Of a stretch of 64,000 bases of DNA, positions 23,298 to 33,107 are shown in pieces. The notes under the pieces were generated by a model, which was given only the letters and a program-made list of their open reading frames with translations, had not been told where the DNA came from and did not search any database. The position numbers and the translations under genes were made by a program. The number at the start of each line of letters is the position of its first letter. The first letter of the stretch is position 1. The stretch lies in the NCBI RefSeq assembly GCF_048403405.1, contig NZ_CP183129.1. One strand, written 5' to 3'. Source of the stretch: Escherichia coli (GTDB lineage Bacteria > Pseudomonadota > Gammaproteobacteria > Enterobacterales > Enterobacteriaceae).

Positions 23298-24680
23298 TCA
23301 ACCTGCCACACTCCCCCACACCAGTTGCCCTTTATGGAACGTCGCCGTTCTCGGCGAGATACGCGCCACCGCCTCGGCGGAACAGGAGGCGTCCACCAGC
23401 ACAAAGCTGGCGTCATCCTGCGCTTTGGGCCAGACGCGCTCGCCTTTTTCATTGAGCGGCAATACATCGCCAGTGGCTAAAAACAGCGAACGGGAGAGGT
23501 TCTGTTCGTTAGGGCGAATATAGAGCTGCGCGTACAGATTGGCTTTTTCCAGCATGTCGCCCAGGCCGTAAGGCGACCAGTGGTCGATAACGCTGTCGGT
23601 GCCAGTCATCACTTTTACGCCTTTGTCGTGCAACTGTTTGAGCGGCATATGCAACGTGCCAATCGGCACCGTCGAGGCGATAGAAATTTGCTGCGCCGCC
23701 ATCCGGTGCGCCAGTTCATCTACCTGTTGCTCATTGAGCGTTGCCAGCGCAAAGGCGTGGCTGATGGTCAGCTTGCCCTTCAGTTGCGGCGTTTTCTCTA
23801 CCGTTTCAACCATATAATTGATGGCTGCCACGCCTGCCGGAGTGGTTTCGTGCAGGTGAATATCGACGCCTTTGTCGTAGTCCAGCGCAATCTGGAACAT
23901 GGTGTCGAGGGATTTTTCCATCGCGCCATCAACACTGGTTGGGTCCAGCCCGCCGACGTAATGCGCCCCTGCCTGCATCGCTTCGCGCATTAAGGGTTCC
24001 GATTTCGACAGCAGCAAACCGTGCTGCGGGAAGGCGACAATTTCACACTCGAAGCCCGCCTGACGTCGCGCCAGCACCGCCTGCAAATTTTGCAGATTTT
24101 TCAGGCCGGAAACCGGTTCGATATTGCAGTGGCTGCGGGCAATGGTAGTGCCTTTCGACTGCAATAAATCGATCAGTTTTTCCGCTCGTTCCTGCGAGTA
24201 CGGTTGCAGCTCCGGCAGCATTTTCTGCTCGAGTTTGATCATGTCCTGGATGGTGGTGCCTGCCGGACGATTGAGCGAGCGCCACGGCCCGCCGTAAAAG
24301 GTTTTGTCGAGATGAATATGCATGTCGCGGGTAGTGGGCAGCATCAGCTTACCGCCAGCGTCATAGTGCGGCAGCGTGGCGTCCGGATGCTGCTTGTTCT
24401 CGCGCAGGGCAACAATTTTGCCGTTCTGAATCTCTACGGTCTGGTGCGCCGTGCGGGTCTGTACTGCCACACCGTTTTCGTAGTCAAAACCGGTTTCCAG
24501 CAGCACGTTGTCGAGATAGTAGTGCGGGTCAGTGATTTTCATGGTGTTATTCGCGTCGCAATGGATTGTGCCAGAGACTGCCGCATGGGCGAGCGGCACA
24601 GAGGTACCAAACAGCGCGGCGGCGGTGACCATCTTACCGCTCTGGCTCAGAAACTCACGGCGGCTATTGCTTTCTTTCAT
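23298..24680 (-). CDS. yahJ: Amidohydrolase-superfamily deaminase with twin-arginine signal peptide
   Basis: 460 aa; N-terminus SRREFLSQSGKMVTAAALFGTSVPLAHA-AV is a Tat signal; metal-binding HIHLD motif. Confidence 0.85.
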   Translation of the reverse strand: MKESNSRREFLSQSGKMVTAAALFGTSVPLAHAAVSGTIHCDANNTMKITDPHYYLDNVLLETGFDYENGVAVQTRTAHQTVEIQNGKIVALRENKQHPDATLPHYDAGGKLMLPTTRDMHIHLDKTFYGGPWRSLNRPAGTTIQDMIKLEQKMLPELQPYSQERAEKLIDLLQSKGTTIARSHCNIEPVSGLKNLQNLQAVLARRQAGFECEIVAFPQHGLLLSKSEPLMREAMQAGAHYVGGLDPTSVDGAMEKSLDTMFQIALDYDKGVDIHLHETTPAGVAAINYMVETVEKTPQLKGKLTISHAFALATLNEQQVDELAHRMAAQQISIASTVPIGTLHMPLKQLHDKGVKVMTGTDSVIDHWSPYGLGDMLEKANLYAQLYIRPNEQNLSRSLFLATGDVLPLNEKGERVWPKAQDDASFVLVDASCSAEAVARISPRTATFHKGQLVWGSVAG

Positions 24681-24689
24681 CTTACGTCC

Positions 24690-25640
24690 TTACGTTTTAA
24701 TAATATGGGTGCCCGTTTCACCGCGCAGCGCCGCAGGCAGGCATTCCGGCGTGGTGATAATCACTTCTTTGCCGCCCTGTTCCAGGAACGTCAGGCTGGC
24801 GATGATTTTTGGCAACATGCTGCCAGGCGGAAAATGCCCTTCCTGCATATAGCGGGTCATGGTGGCAATATCCACCCGATCCAGCGCCTGCTGCTGCGGT
24901 TTGCCAAAGTGAATACACACTTTTTCGACGCCAGTGGTGATCACCAGAATGTCGGCGTGAATTTCACGGGCCAATAGCGCGGTAGAGAGATCTTTGTCGA
25001 TAACCGCGTCCACGCTTTGGTAATCCCCCGCTTCACTGCACACCACCGGAATTCCGCCACCGCCCGCGCCAATCACCACAAAGCCTTGTTGGATCAGCGC
25101 CTTAATGGCAGGTGCTTCTACAATACGTTGCGGTTCCGGCGAGGCGACCACGCGGCGATAGCCCCGTCCGGCATCTTCAACAAAACGCCAGTCAGGGTTT
25201 GCCTTTTGTAATTCGTCACGCTGGCTTTCACTAAAGAATGCGCCGATGGGCTTGGTGGGATGGGCAAACCCCGGATCGTTTTTATCCACTTCCACCTGAG
25301 TCACCACGGTGACGGCTTTTTTCTCACCGTGACGCGCCAGTCGGTTATTCAGCGCCTGTTGGATCAGATAGCCAATGCCGCCTTGCGTATCCGCCACACA
25401 GTTCGCCAGCGGCGTTAAGGGCAGCCCTTCGCGCTCGTGGGCTATCTCCGCGCGGCGTAAATCCAGACCGACCTGCGGCCCGTTGCCGTGGGTCAGCACA
25501 ATGTCGTAATCGGAAGCCAGCATTTCCAGCACCGTATCGGCCACGGCTTTCACCGCCTCCGCCTGATGCTCAATCGACTGGCTGGCGTTATCTTTGATAA
25601 TGCTGTTGCCACCAATGGCAACGACCACAAGTTCTTTCAT
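24690..25640 (-). CDS. yahI: Carbamate kinase
   Basis: ORF track extends to 25814; ATG at 25638-25640 gives MKELVVVAIGGNS..., 316 aa; 9 bp upstream of yahJ. Confidence 0.85.
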   Translation of the reverse strand: MKELVVVAIGGNSIIKDNASQSIEHQAEAVKAVADTVLEMLASDYDIVLTHGNGPQVGLDLRRAEIAHEREGLPLTPLANCVADTQGGIGYLIQQALNNRLARHGEKKAVTVVTQVEVDKNDPGFAHPTKPIGAFFSESQRDELQKANPDWRFVEDAGRGYRRVVASPEPQRIVEAPAIKALIQQGFVVIGAGGGGIPVVCSEAGDYQSVDAVIDKDLSTALLAREIHADILVITTGVEKVCIHFGKPQQQALDRVDIATMTRYMQEGHFPPGSMLPKIIASLTFLEQGGKEVIITTPECLPAALRGETGTHIIKT

Positions 25641-25734
25641 GTTGTTATGTCCGCTACAGAGGGTGATGGGGTTATGAGAGTGAGGTTGCCCCTCTCCCCA
25701 GAAGGGAGAAGGGATCGTAAGGTGCGTTTGCAGG

Positions 25735-27153
25735 TCAGACGCCGTAACGTTCGCACCAGCCAAGAATGGCTTTCTCGAAGCAGGCGAATGGTGGATGCAC
25801 AATGCCCGCGCCAATCATGCCGACGCCCGCATCTTTATGGGCGATGGCGGTGTTGATCACCGGCAGAATGCCGCTGCTGCCCACGCGGGTGATGTCGATT
25901 GCCGACGGCACGCCCATAAAACCGAGCAGCGGAATGGTGACGTTGGGGTTTTCACCGAGAGTGATTTCACGCATCTGGCGGGAGAAATCGATAGCCTCTT
26001 CCACCGTGCCGCCCACCAGCGCGACGATCGCGGGCGCGGTCGCCATAGCAAATCCGCCAATGCCGTAGGTTTCGGTGATGGCGCTGTCGCCGATATCCAG
26101 CCCCGAATCTTCCGGCTTATAACCGGCAAACATCGGGCCGATCACCTGCTGCGCCGGACCGGTAAACCATTGCCCCGGTAATCCGCTGACCCGCAGACCG
26201 AACTCGACGCCGTTACGCGCCATCGTGGTCACCACGGTGCTGTATTCGATGCCGTGCGCCGCATCCATCGCCGCTTTACACATCGCCATCCACGTCGGGC
26301 CGGAGAAGTAGTCGCTGCTGGCGACAAACTCAAACACTTCGCGCTGTTGTTCAATGGAATAACCTGCCTGAATAATCCCTGGCGTCAGCGCCTGAATCAG
26401 CAGCGTCGTCCCGGCGTTATTGCGGTTATGGCATTCATCGCCCATATGCAGCGCTTGCGCCAGCATTAAGCGCAGATCGATTTCGCCGATAATTTTCATC
26501 GCGTCGCGCAGCATGGGCCCCTGCACATCGCGCATCCAGTTGAGGCGGTCAATCACGCTCTGGTCGTTAGCGCCCATACGCAAAATCTTCGCCATCTGCT
26601 CGCTCATATTGGTGTAAGCGATGTTGCCGTAGGTTTTGTTTTTTACGATGTGCATAAACATCGAGGCCGAGGTAACACCCGCCATCGATCCCACGCAGTC
26701 ATGTTCGTGGCACGGCGAGAAGGTGATCTCCCCGGAGGCCGCCAGGTCAGCCGCCTCGTCGAGATCTTTCGCCAGCCCTTCGAACACCAGCGCCCCGGTG
26801 ACCGCGCCTTTCATTGCGCCGCACATTTTTTCCCAGGTCACTGGCGGCCCGGCGTGAAGAATGGTTTTCGGCGTCATTCCCGGCACCACGTTAATCGCCT
26901 GATCAAAACCAATCAGCACCGGATGCGACTGGATAATGCGCTCCAGCGCCTGCTGGTTAGCGGCGGCGATTTTGTCTGCCAGCGGCGAATCGGCAATGTT
27001 ATCCAGCGCCTGCACCACCTGCATATTGCCCTGCCCCGGCGGCGTCCAGTCGAGTTGGGTCACTTCTACATGCTGCTTTTTCAGATCATCGCTAAACATG
27101 GCGATGCCGACGTTAATAACGTTCAACGGTTGGCTAAACAGTGACGGGCTCAT
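25735..27153 (-). CDS. yahG: DUF1116-family protein (YlbE-like)
   Basis: 472 aa; ATG overlaps yahF stop by 1 nt (ATGA); strong SD GGGGAGGAAG upstream. Confidence 0.8.
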   Translation of the reverse strand: MSPSLFSQPLNVINVGIAMFSDDLKKQHVEVTQLDWTPPGQGNMQVVQALDNIADSPLADKIAAANQQALERIIQSHPVLIGFDQAINVVPGMTPKTILHAGPPVTWEKMCGAMKGAVTGALVFEGLAKDLDEAADLAASGEITFSPCHEHDCVGSMAGVTSASMFMHIVKNKTYGNIAYTNMSEQMAKILRMGANDQSVIDRLNWMRDVQGPMLRDAMKIIGEIDLRLMLAQALHMGDECHNRNNAGTTLLIQALTPGIIQAGYSIEQQREVFEFVASSDYFSGPTWMAMCKAAMDAAHGIEYSTVVTTMARNGVEFGLRVSGLPGQWFTGPAQQVIGPMFAGYKPEDSGLDIGDSAITETYGIGGFAMATAPAIVALVGGTVEEAIDFSRQMREITLGENPNVTIPLLGFMGVPSAIDITRVGSSGILPVINTAIAHKDAGVGMIGAGIVHPPFACFEKAILGWCERYGV

Positions 27154-28700
27154 CAGGCTTCCTCCCCTTTGCAGATAAATTCACGCGCCAGCAATCCGGT
27201 ATTGGTGCTGCTGCTGGCCAGAATCACTCCGGCATCAAGCAGCATCTGGCTTTGTTGTTCTAATGATGGCGTATCAAGATCGGTACCCAGCACATAGGCG
27301 AGAATGATCAACTCACGTCCTTCGGCAGCGGCGATCGCTTTCGCCTCTTTGATCGCCTCGATGGTGGAACCGACCGGATCTTCATGCGATCCAAACCCGA
27401 GCACAAAATCCATCACGATCACCGCCACTTCTGGATCGCGCGCCTCTTCGATCAAGCGGCTGATACGGTTGGTGGGGTCAATCATTGGATGCGGCTTGCC
27501 GTTGGTGAAGTCGTCATCGCCAAAGTCGAGGAAGGTGTGTTTGATGCTGCGGTTGATATCTTGCAGGCGGAATTCAGGATCGGGCTGAATGTTGCTGTAG
27601 ACATCGCCATGTTTTTCCATCACCGCAAACATGGTTTCGTCACACAGCGTGCCGCCGCAGAACAGGCCACGAATGTATTTCTGCTGCGGTTGCAGACGCG
27701 CACGCACATCCGCAATCAACGGCTGGTTCAGGGTATGCAGATCGAGATGTTCCTGTTTCACGCCGGAGAGCATTACCGCTTTCAGCGCCGCTTCTTTGCT
27801 GCCGCGAGCAAACTGTAGCCCCTGCTCATCCACCGGCGTTTCAACGCGACCGAGGAAGCAGACCACCACCGGCTTGCGGCAGGCACGTGCGCGTTCCAGC
27901 ACTTTACGGGCCACCGCAGGCGCAGGCGGTTTGGAGATAAGCACAATGATTTCAGTTTGCGGATCGTTTTCCAGCATCCCGATGGCGTCGAGCATCATCA
28001 GGCCGCCGATTTTCTCGCTCAGGTCGCGCCCGCCGGTGCCAATCAGTTGCGAAACGCCGCCGCCAAATTCATGAATGCGGACGCTCAGCTCCTGGCTGCC
28101 GGTGCCGGATGCACCAACAATACCGATGTTGCCGCGACGCACGGCGTTACCAAAGCAGAGCGCCGCGCCGTTGATAATCGCCGTACCGCAGTCTGGCCCC
28201 ATCATCAGCAGCCCTTTTTCGTGGGCCAACTGTTTGAGCGCCAGTTCATCTTCAACTGAGACGTTATCGGAAAACAGCATCACGTTAAGATCGTTTTGCA
28301 GCGCCTGACGCGCTTCGCGAGCGGCAAACAGACCGTTGACCGAAATCACCGCCAGGTTACTTTCCGGGATATGCTTTTTGGCGCTGGCAATAGTGGCATA
28401 GCGTGCTTCATGTGAACCAGTTTGAGCTTTGGTGTTGAACAGTTCTTCAATCTCCACCAGCAACTGCTCGTTGTCCGCCCCCGATTTACCATTGATGACA
28501 ATCATCAGGTCGCCGTTTTTCGCCTGTTCCAGCTCCGGCGTCAGCAGTCCTAAATTTTTCAGCACACCTTTGTTCATTTCGGTCGCCATCGCCACAAATG
28601 CCTGCTCGACGCCGTCGAGTTTATTTGCACGCGTGGAGATAGACATCAGCGAGACAGAATCAAAATAGGTATTCGGTTTAATGACTATTTTAACTGACAT
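27153..28700 (-). CDS. yahF: FdrA-like protein with acyl-CoA synthetase (NDP-forming) / succinyl-CoA-synthetase-like CoA-binding fold
   Basis: 515 aa; glycine-rich nucleotide/CoA loops (GIVGASGTGSQ, GGGVSQLIGTGGRD). Confidence 0.8.
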   Translation of the reverse strand: MSVKIVIKPNTYFDSVSLMSISTRANKLDGVEQAFVAMATEMNKGVLKNLGLLTPELEQAKNGDLMIVINGKSGADNEQLLVEIEELFNTKAQTGSHEARYATIASAKKHIPESNLAVISVNGLFAAREARQALQNDLNVMLFSDNVSVEDELALKQLAHEKGLLMMGPDCGTAIINGAALCFGNAVRRGNIGIVGASGTGSQELSVRIHEFGGGVSQLIGTGGRDLSEKIGGLMMLDAIGMLENDPQTEIIVLISKPPAPAVARKVLERARACRKPVVVCFLGRVETPVDEQGLQFARGSKEAALKAVMLSGVKQEHLDLHTLNQPLIADVRARLQPQQKYIRGLFCGGTLCDETMFAVMEKHGDVYSNIQPDPEFRLQDINRSIKHTFLDFGDDDFTNGKPHPMIDPTNRISRLIEEARDPEVAVIVMDFVLGFGSHEDPVGSTIEAIKEAKAIAAAEGRELIILAYVLGTDLDTPSLEQQSQMLLDAGVILASSSTNTGLLAREFICKGEEA

Positions 28701-29553
28701 AATTCCCTCCGTAGGTTTGGCTCAGCGCACAACCATCGGCCATGCCATACAGCATGTCGCAGCCGGAACTGGAGCCAATATGTTTAATTTTTTCTATTGC
28801 CTGAGTTGCGTTCCCAGGGATGTCATAAATAATGTTGTGAATAAAACGATGAATATTTTCCCGGCAGCGTTGTTGTAATGCGGCTTCCAGCGTTATGGCA
28901 CTTAATAACGTGGTATTATTTCTGCCGCGTTGCAGACCGAGATAAAATTCCTCTTTGTATTTTTCCGCCGGATGTCCGGAAATAAATAAAATAAGCGCCA
29001 GACCTGTTAAATAATCGTCGGCTGATGGCGTAAGGCCAATCCCTAAGCCCATCATACTGGCGACTGCTGAGGCGATATTTTGTTTATCGTTTACGGCCTG
29101 AATAACTGCCCGTCGTTTACTATGTAATTCTTTATTTAACGCCTGATAAAACGGATTATCGCCGCAATAATTAAACAGGGTTTCATTTTCCCCCAGGTGC
29201 TGATGAATAATGTCATGCCACTGTTGCCAGGCGATAAGGTGAAAATTCACAGCGGTCATTTGCAAGGTTGGGGACAGCCAACGCCGACAACGACTCATCT
29301 CTATATGAAGATGTTGACCAACCGTAATGCCTTGATCGTCAAACTGAACCTTATCACCATGCCGGAACAGACCATCAAAGTGAGTGAGTGCCAACCGACA
29401 ACTGTTTGGCGCATTGTCGTACTCTTCACAAAGCAGCGTCAGCAACTGCTGGCGGGCCGGAAGTGCGATATTTACCGCTCTGGCAAAGACCTGTTCAACC
29501 TGTCCTTGCCCCCGCTGCGCCAGAAAATCAGCATCCGCAGTTAGCGCCCACAC
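28690..29553 (-). CDS. yahE: DUF2877-family protein (YlbF-like)
   Basis: 287 aa; 11 nt overlap with yahF. Confidence 0.75.
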   Translation of the reverse strand: MWALTADADFLAQRGQGQVEQVFARAVNIALPARQQLLTLLCEEYDNAPNSCRLALTHFDGLFRHGDKVQFDDQGITVGQHLHIEMSRCRRWLSPTLQMTAVNFHLIAWQQWHDIIHQHLGENETLFNYCGDNPFYQALNKELHSKRRAVIQAVNDKQNIASAVASMMGLGIGLTPSADDYLTGLALILFISGHPAEKYKEEFYLGLQRGRNNTTLLSAITLEAALQQRCRENIHRFIHNIIYDIPGNATQAIEKIKHIGSSSGCDMLYGMADGCALSQTYGGNYVS

Positions 29554-29592
29554 ACACCGTCTTTCTGGTGTGTTGATAGCAAGCCTCCCGGT

Positions 29593-30198
29593 TTATGCAC
29601 CTGCGGCAATCAGTAACTGCGCAATCTCTTCAAAGCCTCGTTCCCGCGCCAGTTCCAGCGGCGTTTTGCCATATTTATCCGTCATGTGCGGGCTGGCACC
29701 GTGTTCAAGCAATAACTGGACAATCGCCTGCTGTTTAATCCCGCCATCATTAAGCACAATTGCTTCCAGTAGCGGCGTCCAGCCAACATGGTTGGTCTGG
29801 TTAACGTTAATCTCCGTATGCGCCAAAAGCTCTTTTACAATACTTAAATGGCCTTTTTCACAGGCAGGCGTCAGGCCGACACCGCCAAAACGGGTGACGC
29901 AATTAAGATCAGGTTTAGCCGGTAAAATAATCCGTAACAGGGTTAAATCGCCGGTCAGGCAGCTAATTAAAAAAGGATTTGAACATATTTGATCTTGCTT
30001 ATTAATATCCGCTCCGGCATCAATTAATGCCTGAACGCAAGCATATTGCTGATATAAACTTGCCAGCGTAATTGCCGTTTTCCCCTGACGATCGCAGGTA
30101 TTAATATCGACACCCAGCGCAAGGCAGGTTTTTACTTTATCGATATCACCCTGTTGCGCAGCCAATAAATAGTCGGCAGGTAGATTTTTTATAGTCAT
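29593..30198 (-). CDS. yahD: Ankyrin-repeat protein
   Basis: 201 aa with tandem ankyrin-like repeats (G-TPL--A...LL--GA). Confidence 0.8.
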   Translation of the reverse strand: MTIKNLPADYLLAAQQGDIDKVKTCLALGVDINTCDRQGKTAITLASLYQQYACVQALIDAGADINKQDQICSNPFLISCLTGDLTLLRIILPAKPDLNCVTRFGGVGLTPACEKGHLSIVKELLAHTEINVNQTNHVGWTPLLEAIVLNDGGIKQQAIVQLLLEHGASPHMTDKYGKTPLELARERGFEEIAQLLIAAGA

Positions 30199-30455
30199 TC
30201 ACATTCCCCTGGTTTTTGTGGCTGTTTTCGATGAATTGAGAATAGCAACGATAATCTGATAAAAGAACCCGCTTAAATTTAATTCGCCGTATTTCGCCTT
30301 TTTGTTGAATGATGTTCAACAATCTTTTCGCAGTGTGCGGTAGTGCAATATTTGTTTCTTTGACCCGATACCCTTTCACTCAATCAGGTTTTATTTCTCT
30401 ATAGTCTGCACATGTAAGAGTAGCTTTTGTCCATGTCTAACCAGAGGGGAACAAG

Positions 30456-30953
30456 ATGAACGGACTCACGGCAACGGGTGTCACCGTCGGTATTTGTGCA
30501 GGGCTTTGGCAGTTAGTGTCTTCACATGTCGGGCTCTCTCAGGGATGGGAATTATTAGGAACCATTGGCTTCGTCGCCTTTTGCAGTTTTTATGCCGCAG
30601 GCGGCGGTAAATCGGGGTTTATCAGAAGTCTGGCGGTTAATTATTCCGGGATGGTGTGGGCATTTTTCGCCGCGCTGGCTGCCGGTTGGCTGGCCTCGGT
30701 GAGTGGGATTTCTGGGTTCTGGGCGAGCGTGATTACTACCGTGCCTTTCTCAGCGGTAGTGGTCTGGCAAGGACGTTTCGGTTTATTGTCTTTTATTCCC
30801 GGAGGCTTTCTCGGCATGACGCTATTTTTTGCCAGCGGGATGAACTGGACGGTGACATTACTGGGTTTTCTGGCGGGTAACTGCGTGGGGATAATTTCAG
30901 AATATGGCGGACAAAAATTAAGCGAAGCGACGACTAAACGCGACGGGTATTAA
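30456..30953 (+). CDS. yahC: Small inner-membrane protein
   Basis: 165 aa, 4-5 predicted transmembrane helices. Confidence 0.7.
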   Translation: MNGLTATGVTVGICAGLWQLVSSHVGLSQGWELLGTIGFVAFCSFYAAGGGKSGFIRSLAVNYSGMVWAFFAALAAGWLASVSGISGFWASVITTVPFSAVVVWQGRFGLLSFIPGGFLGMTLFFASGMNWTVTLLGFLAGNCVGIISEYGGQKLSEATTKRDGY

Positions 30954-31044
30954 AAGTTATTCAAAAATGATTATCTATCTTTAACCGATACCTCTACAGT
31001 CATGGCTGGAGAAATTCATATTCGATAATGGCGGGAATGGTTTA

Positions 31045-31977
31045 ATGAACTCAATTTTTACCGAAGAGAATCTGTTGGCATTTACTACCGCTGCGCGTTT
31101 TGGCAGTTTCAGTAAAGCCGCAGAAGAGTTGGGTTTAACCACTTCCGCCATTAGCTACACCATCAAGCGAATGGAAACAGGGCTGGATGTGGTGCTGTTC
31201 ACTCGCAGTACCCGAAGCATTGAGTTAACGGAGTCCGGGCGTTATTTTTTCCGCAAAGCTACCGACCTGCTGAATGATTTTCACGCCATCAAACGCAGCA
31301 TCGATACTATTTCGCAGGGTATAGAAGCACGGGTGCGCATTTGTATTAACCAACTGCTTTATACGCCCAAACACACCGCACGCTTATTACAGGTACTTAA
31401 AAAGCAGTTTCCAACCTGCCAGATTACCGTGACGACCGAAGTGTATAACGGCGTCTGGGATGCGATTATTAATAATCAGGCGAATATTGCTATCGGCGCA
31501 CCCGACACACTGCTGGACGGCGGCGGCATTGATTACACGGAGATTGGCGCAATTCGCTGGGCTTTTGCTATCGCCCCGGATCACCCATTAGCCTTTGTGC
31601 CGGAGCCGATCGCCGAAAGCCAGCTGCGTCTTTACCCCAATATCATGGTGGAGGACACCGCGCATACGATTAATAAAAAAGTGGGCTGGTTGCTGCATGG
31701 GCAAGAGTCGATTCTGGTGCCAGATTTCAACACCAAATGTCAGTGCCAGATTTTAGGTGAAGGGATTGGTTTTTTGCCGGATTACATGGTCCGTGAGGCG
31801 ATGGCGCAATCCCTGCTGGTTACCCGACAAATCCATAATCCGCGCCAGGATTCACGCATGTTACTCGCAACTCAGCATTCTGCTACGGGTCAGGTGACGC
31901 AGTGGATTAAAAAACAATTTTCGCCAAATGGCATATTAACGGGGATCTATCAGGATTTACTGCATCGGGAGAATTAA
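31045..31977 (+). CDS. yahB: LysR-family transcriptional regulator
   Basis: 310 aa; N-terminal HTH ...FTTAARFGSFSKAAEELGLTTSAISYTIKRMETGL. Confidence 0.85.
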   Translation: MNSIFTEENLLAFTTAARFGSFSKAAEELGLTTSAISYTIKRMETGLDVVLFTRSTRSIELTESGRYFFRKATDLLNDFHAIKRSIDTISQGIEARVRICINQLLYTPKHTARLLQVLKKQFPTCQITVTTEVYNGVWDAIINNQANIAIGAPDTLLDGGGIDYTEIGAIRWAFAIAPDHPLAFVPEPIAESQLRLYPNIMVEDTAHTINKKVGWLLHGQESILVPDFNTKCQCQILGEGIGFLPDYMVREAMAQSLLVTRQIHNPRQDSRMLLATQHSATGQVTQWIKKQFSPNGILTGIYQDLLHREN

Positions 31978-32018
31978 TCGCTGCCAACCTCCCGATGCGC
32001 TGTGAATAGCGGTTTACA

Positions 32019-33107
32019 TCAACCACCTGCTTTCATTACCCATTCAGAGATAAATTTATTACCCGGTACTGGCGGAGAGTACAAATAGCCCTGCAAAAAG
32101 TGAACGCCTTTGCCGATCATTAAATCCGCCTGCTCCTGGGTTTCTACCCCTTCCGCCACGATACTCAGACCAGGCTTACGCGCCAGTTCGACAATATTGT
32201 CCACAATATGACCGGATATTTCGTCCACGCTCGCCATTTGCACAAATGACTTATCGATCTTAATAAAATCGACCGGGAACGCCTGCAAGTAACGATAGGT
32301 CGCATAACCCGTACCAAAGTCATCCAGCGCAAAGGTAATGTTGTGCTGATGAAGGCTGTCAAATATCGCTCTGGCTTCTGGCGTTACCGGAATAGGGTTA
32401 CGTTCCGTTAGCTCGAGAACCAGTTTGATTTTATCGTTTCCTAATTTCTTGACCAGGTTCAGGCATTCTTTTTCAAATCCCGCGGCCAAAAAACAACCCG
32501 CCGAGACGTTGATGCCAATATGGAAATTATCCGGCAGCAAATGTTTTACCGGCATCAGAATATCCGCAGTCTGTTTCATCAACTGGCGAGTCATTATGAC
32601 GATAAGACCAGATGACTCCGCCAGAGGAATAAACTGATCCGGTGGGATAATTCCCGTTTGTGGATGTTCCCAGCGGACAAGCACCTCACAGCCCGTCAGT
32701 ACCCCAGTCTGCGCGCAGAAAACCGGTTGGATCCACGGTTTAAATTCATGGTTTTCCAACGCCAGACTGATGGCTTCAGGCGTGACGATATGGTGATAGT
32801 GATTATCATTAATATATTTGTGACTATTATTACCCGTGGCGGATATGATCTCCGGATTGTACTGAAAGAAAATATCCCGCCAGAAAGTAATATCGCTCTG
32901 AATCCCCAGTTTCTCAAAGAGCTGTTTCTTTTGATGTGAAATGGTCTTTGCACTGCGATTTCTGTACTGTGATATTTCTGTTACAGACATTCCCTGCATC
33001 AGCAGCTTGAGTAGCAGTCGTTCTTTCTCGGATACGCTACCAGGCAATGACAAATGAACCGTTGTACCGAACTCTTGCAGAAAAACACGAAAATCACATG
33101 AATTCAT
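32019..33107 (-). CDS. pdeL: c-di-GMP phosphodiesterase with LuxR-type HTH and EAL domain
   Basis: ORF track 32019..33113; start at second ATG gives MNSCDFRVFLQEF..., 362 aa; EAL-domain motifs (ELTE, DDFGTGYA). Confidence 0.85.
   Translation of the reverse strand: MNSCDFRVFLQEFGTTVHLSLPGSVSEKERLLLKLLMQGMSVTEISQYRNRSAKTISHQKKQLFEKLGIQSDITFWRDIFFQYNPEIISATGNNSHKYINDNHYHHIVTPEAISLALENHEFKPWIQPVFCAQTGVLTGCEVLVRWEHPQTGIIPPDQFIPLAESSGLIVIMTRQLMKQTADILMPVKHLLPDNFHIGINVSAGCFLAAGFEKECLNLVKKLGNDKIKLVLELTERNPIPVTPEARAIFDSLHQHNITFALDDFGTGYATYRYLQAFPVDFIKIDKSFVQMASVDEISGHIVDNIVELARKPGLSIVAEGVETQEQADLMIGKGVHFLQGYLYSPPVPGNKFISEWVMKAGG

Noticed and set aside
24690-25814. Long form (374 aa) of the carbamate kinase ORF
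   Set aside because: The extension has no similarity to carbamate kinases; the conserved N-terminus MKELVVVAIGGNS starts at 25640, so the upstream part is read-through frame, not coding.
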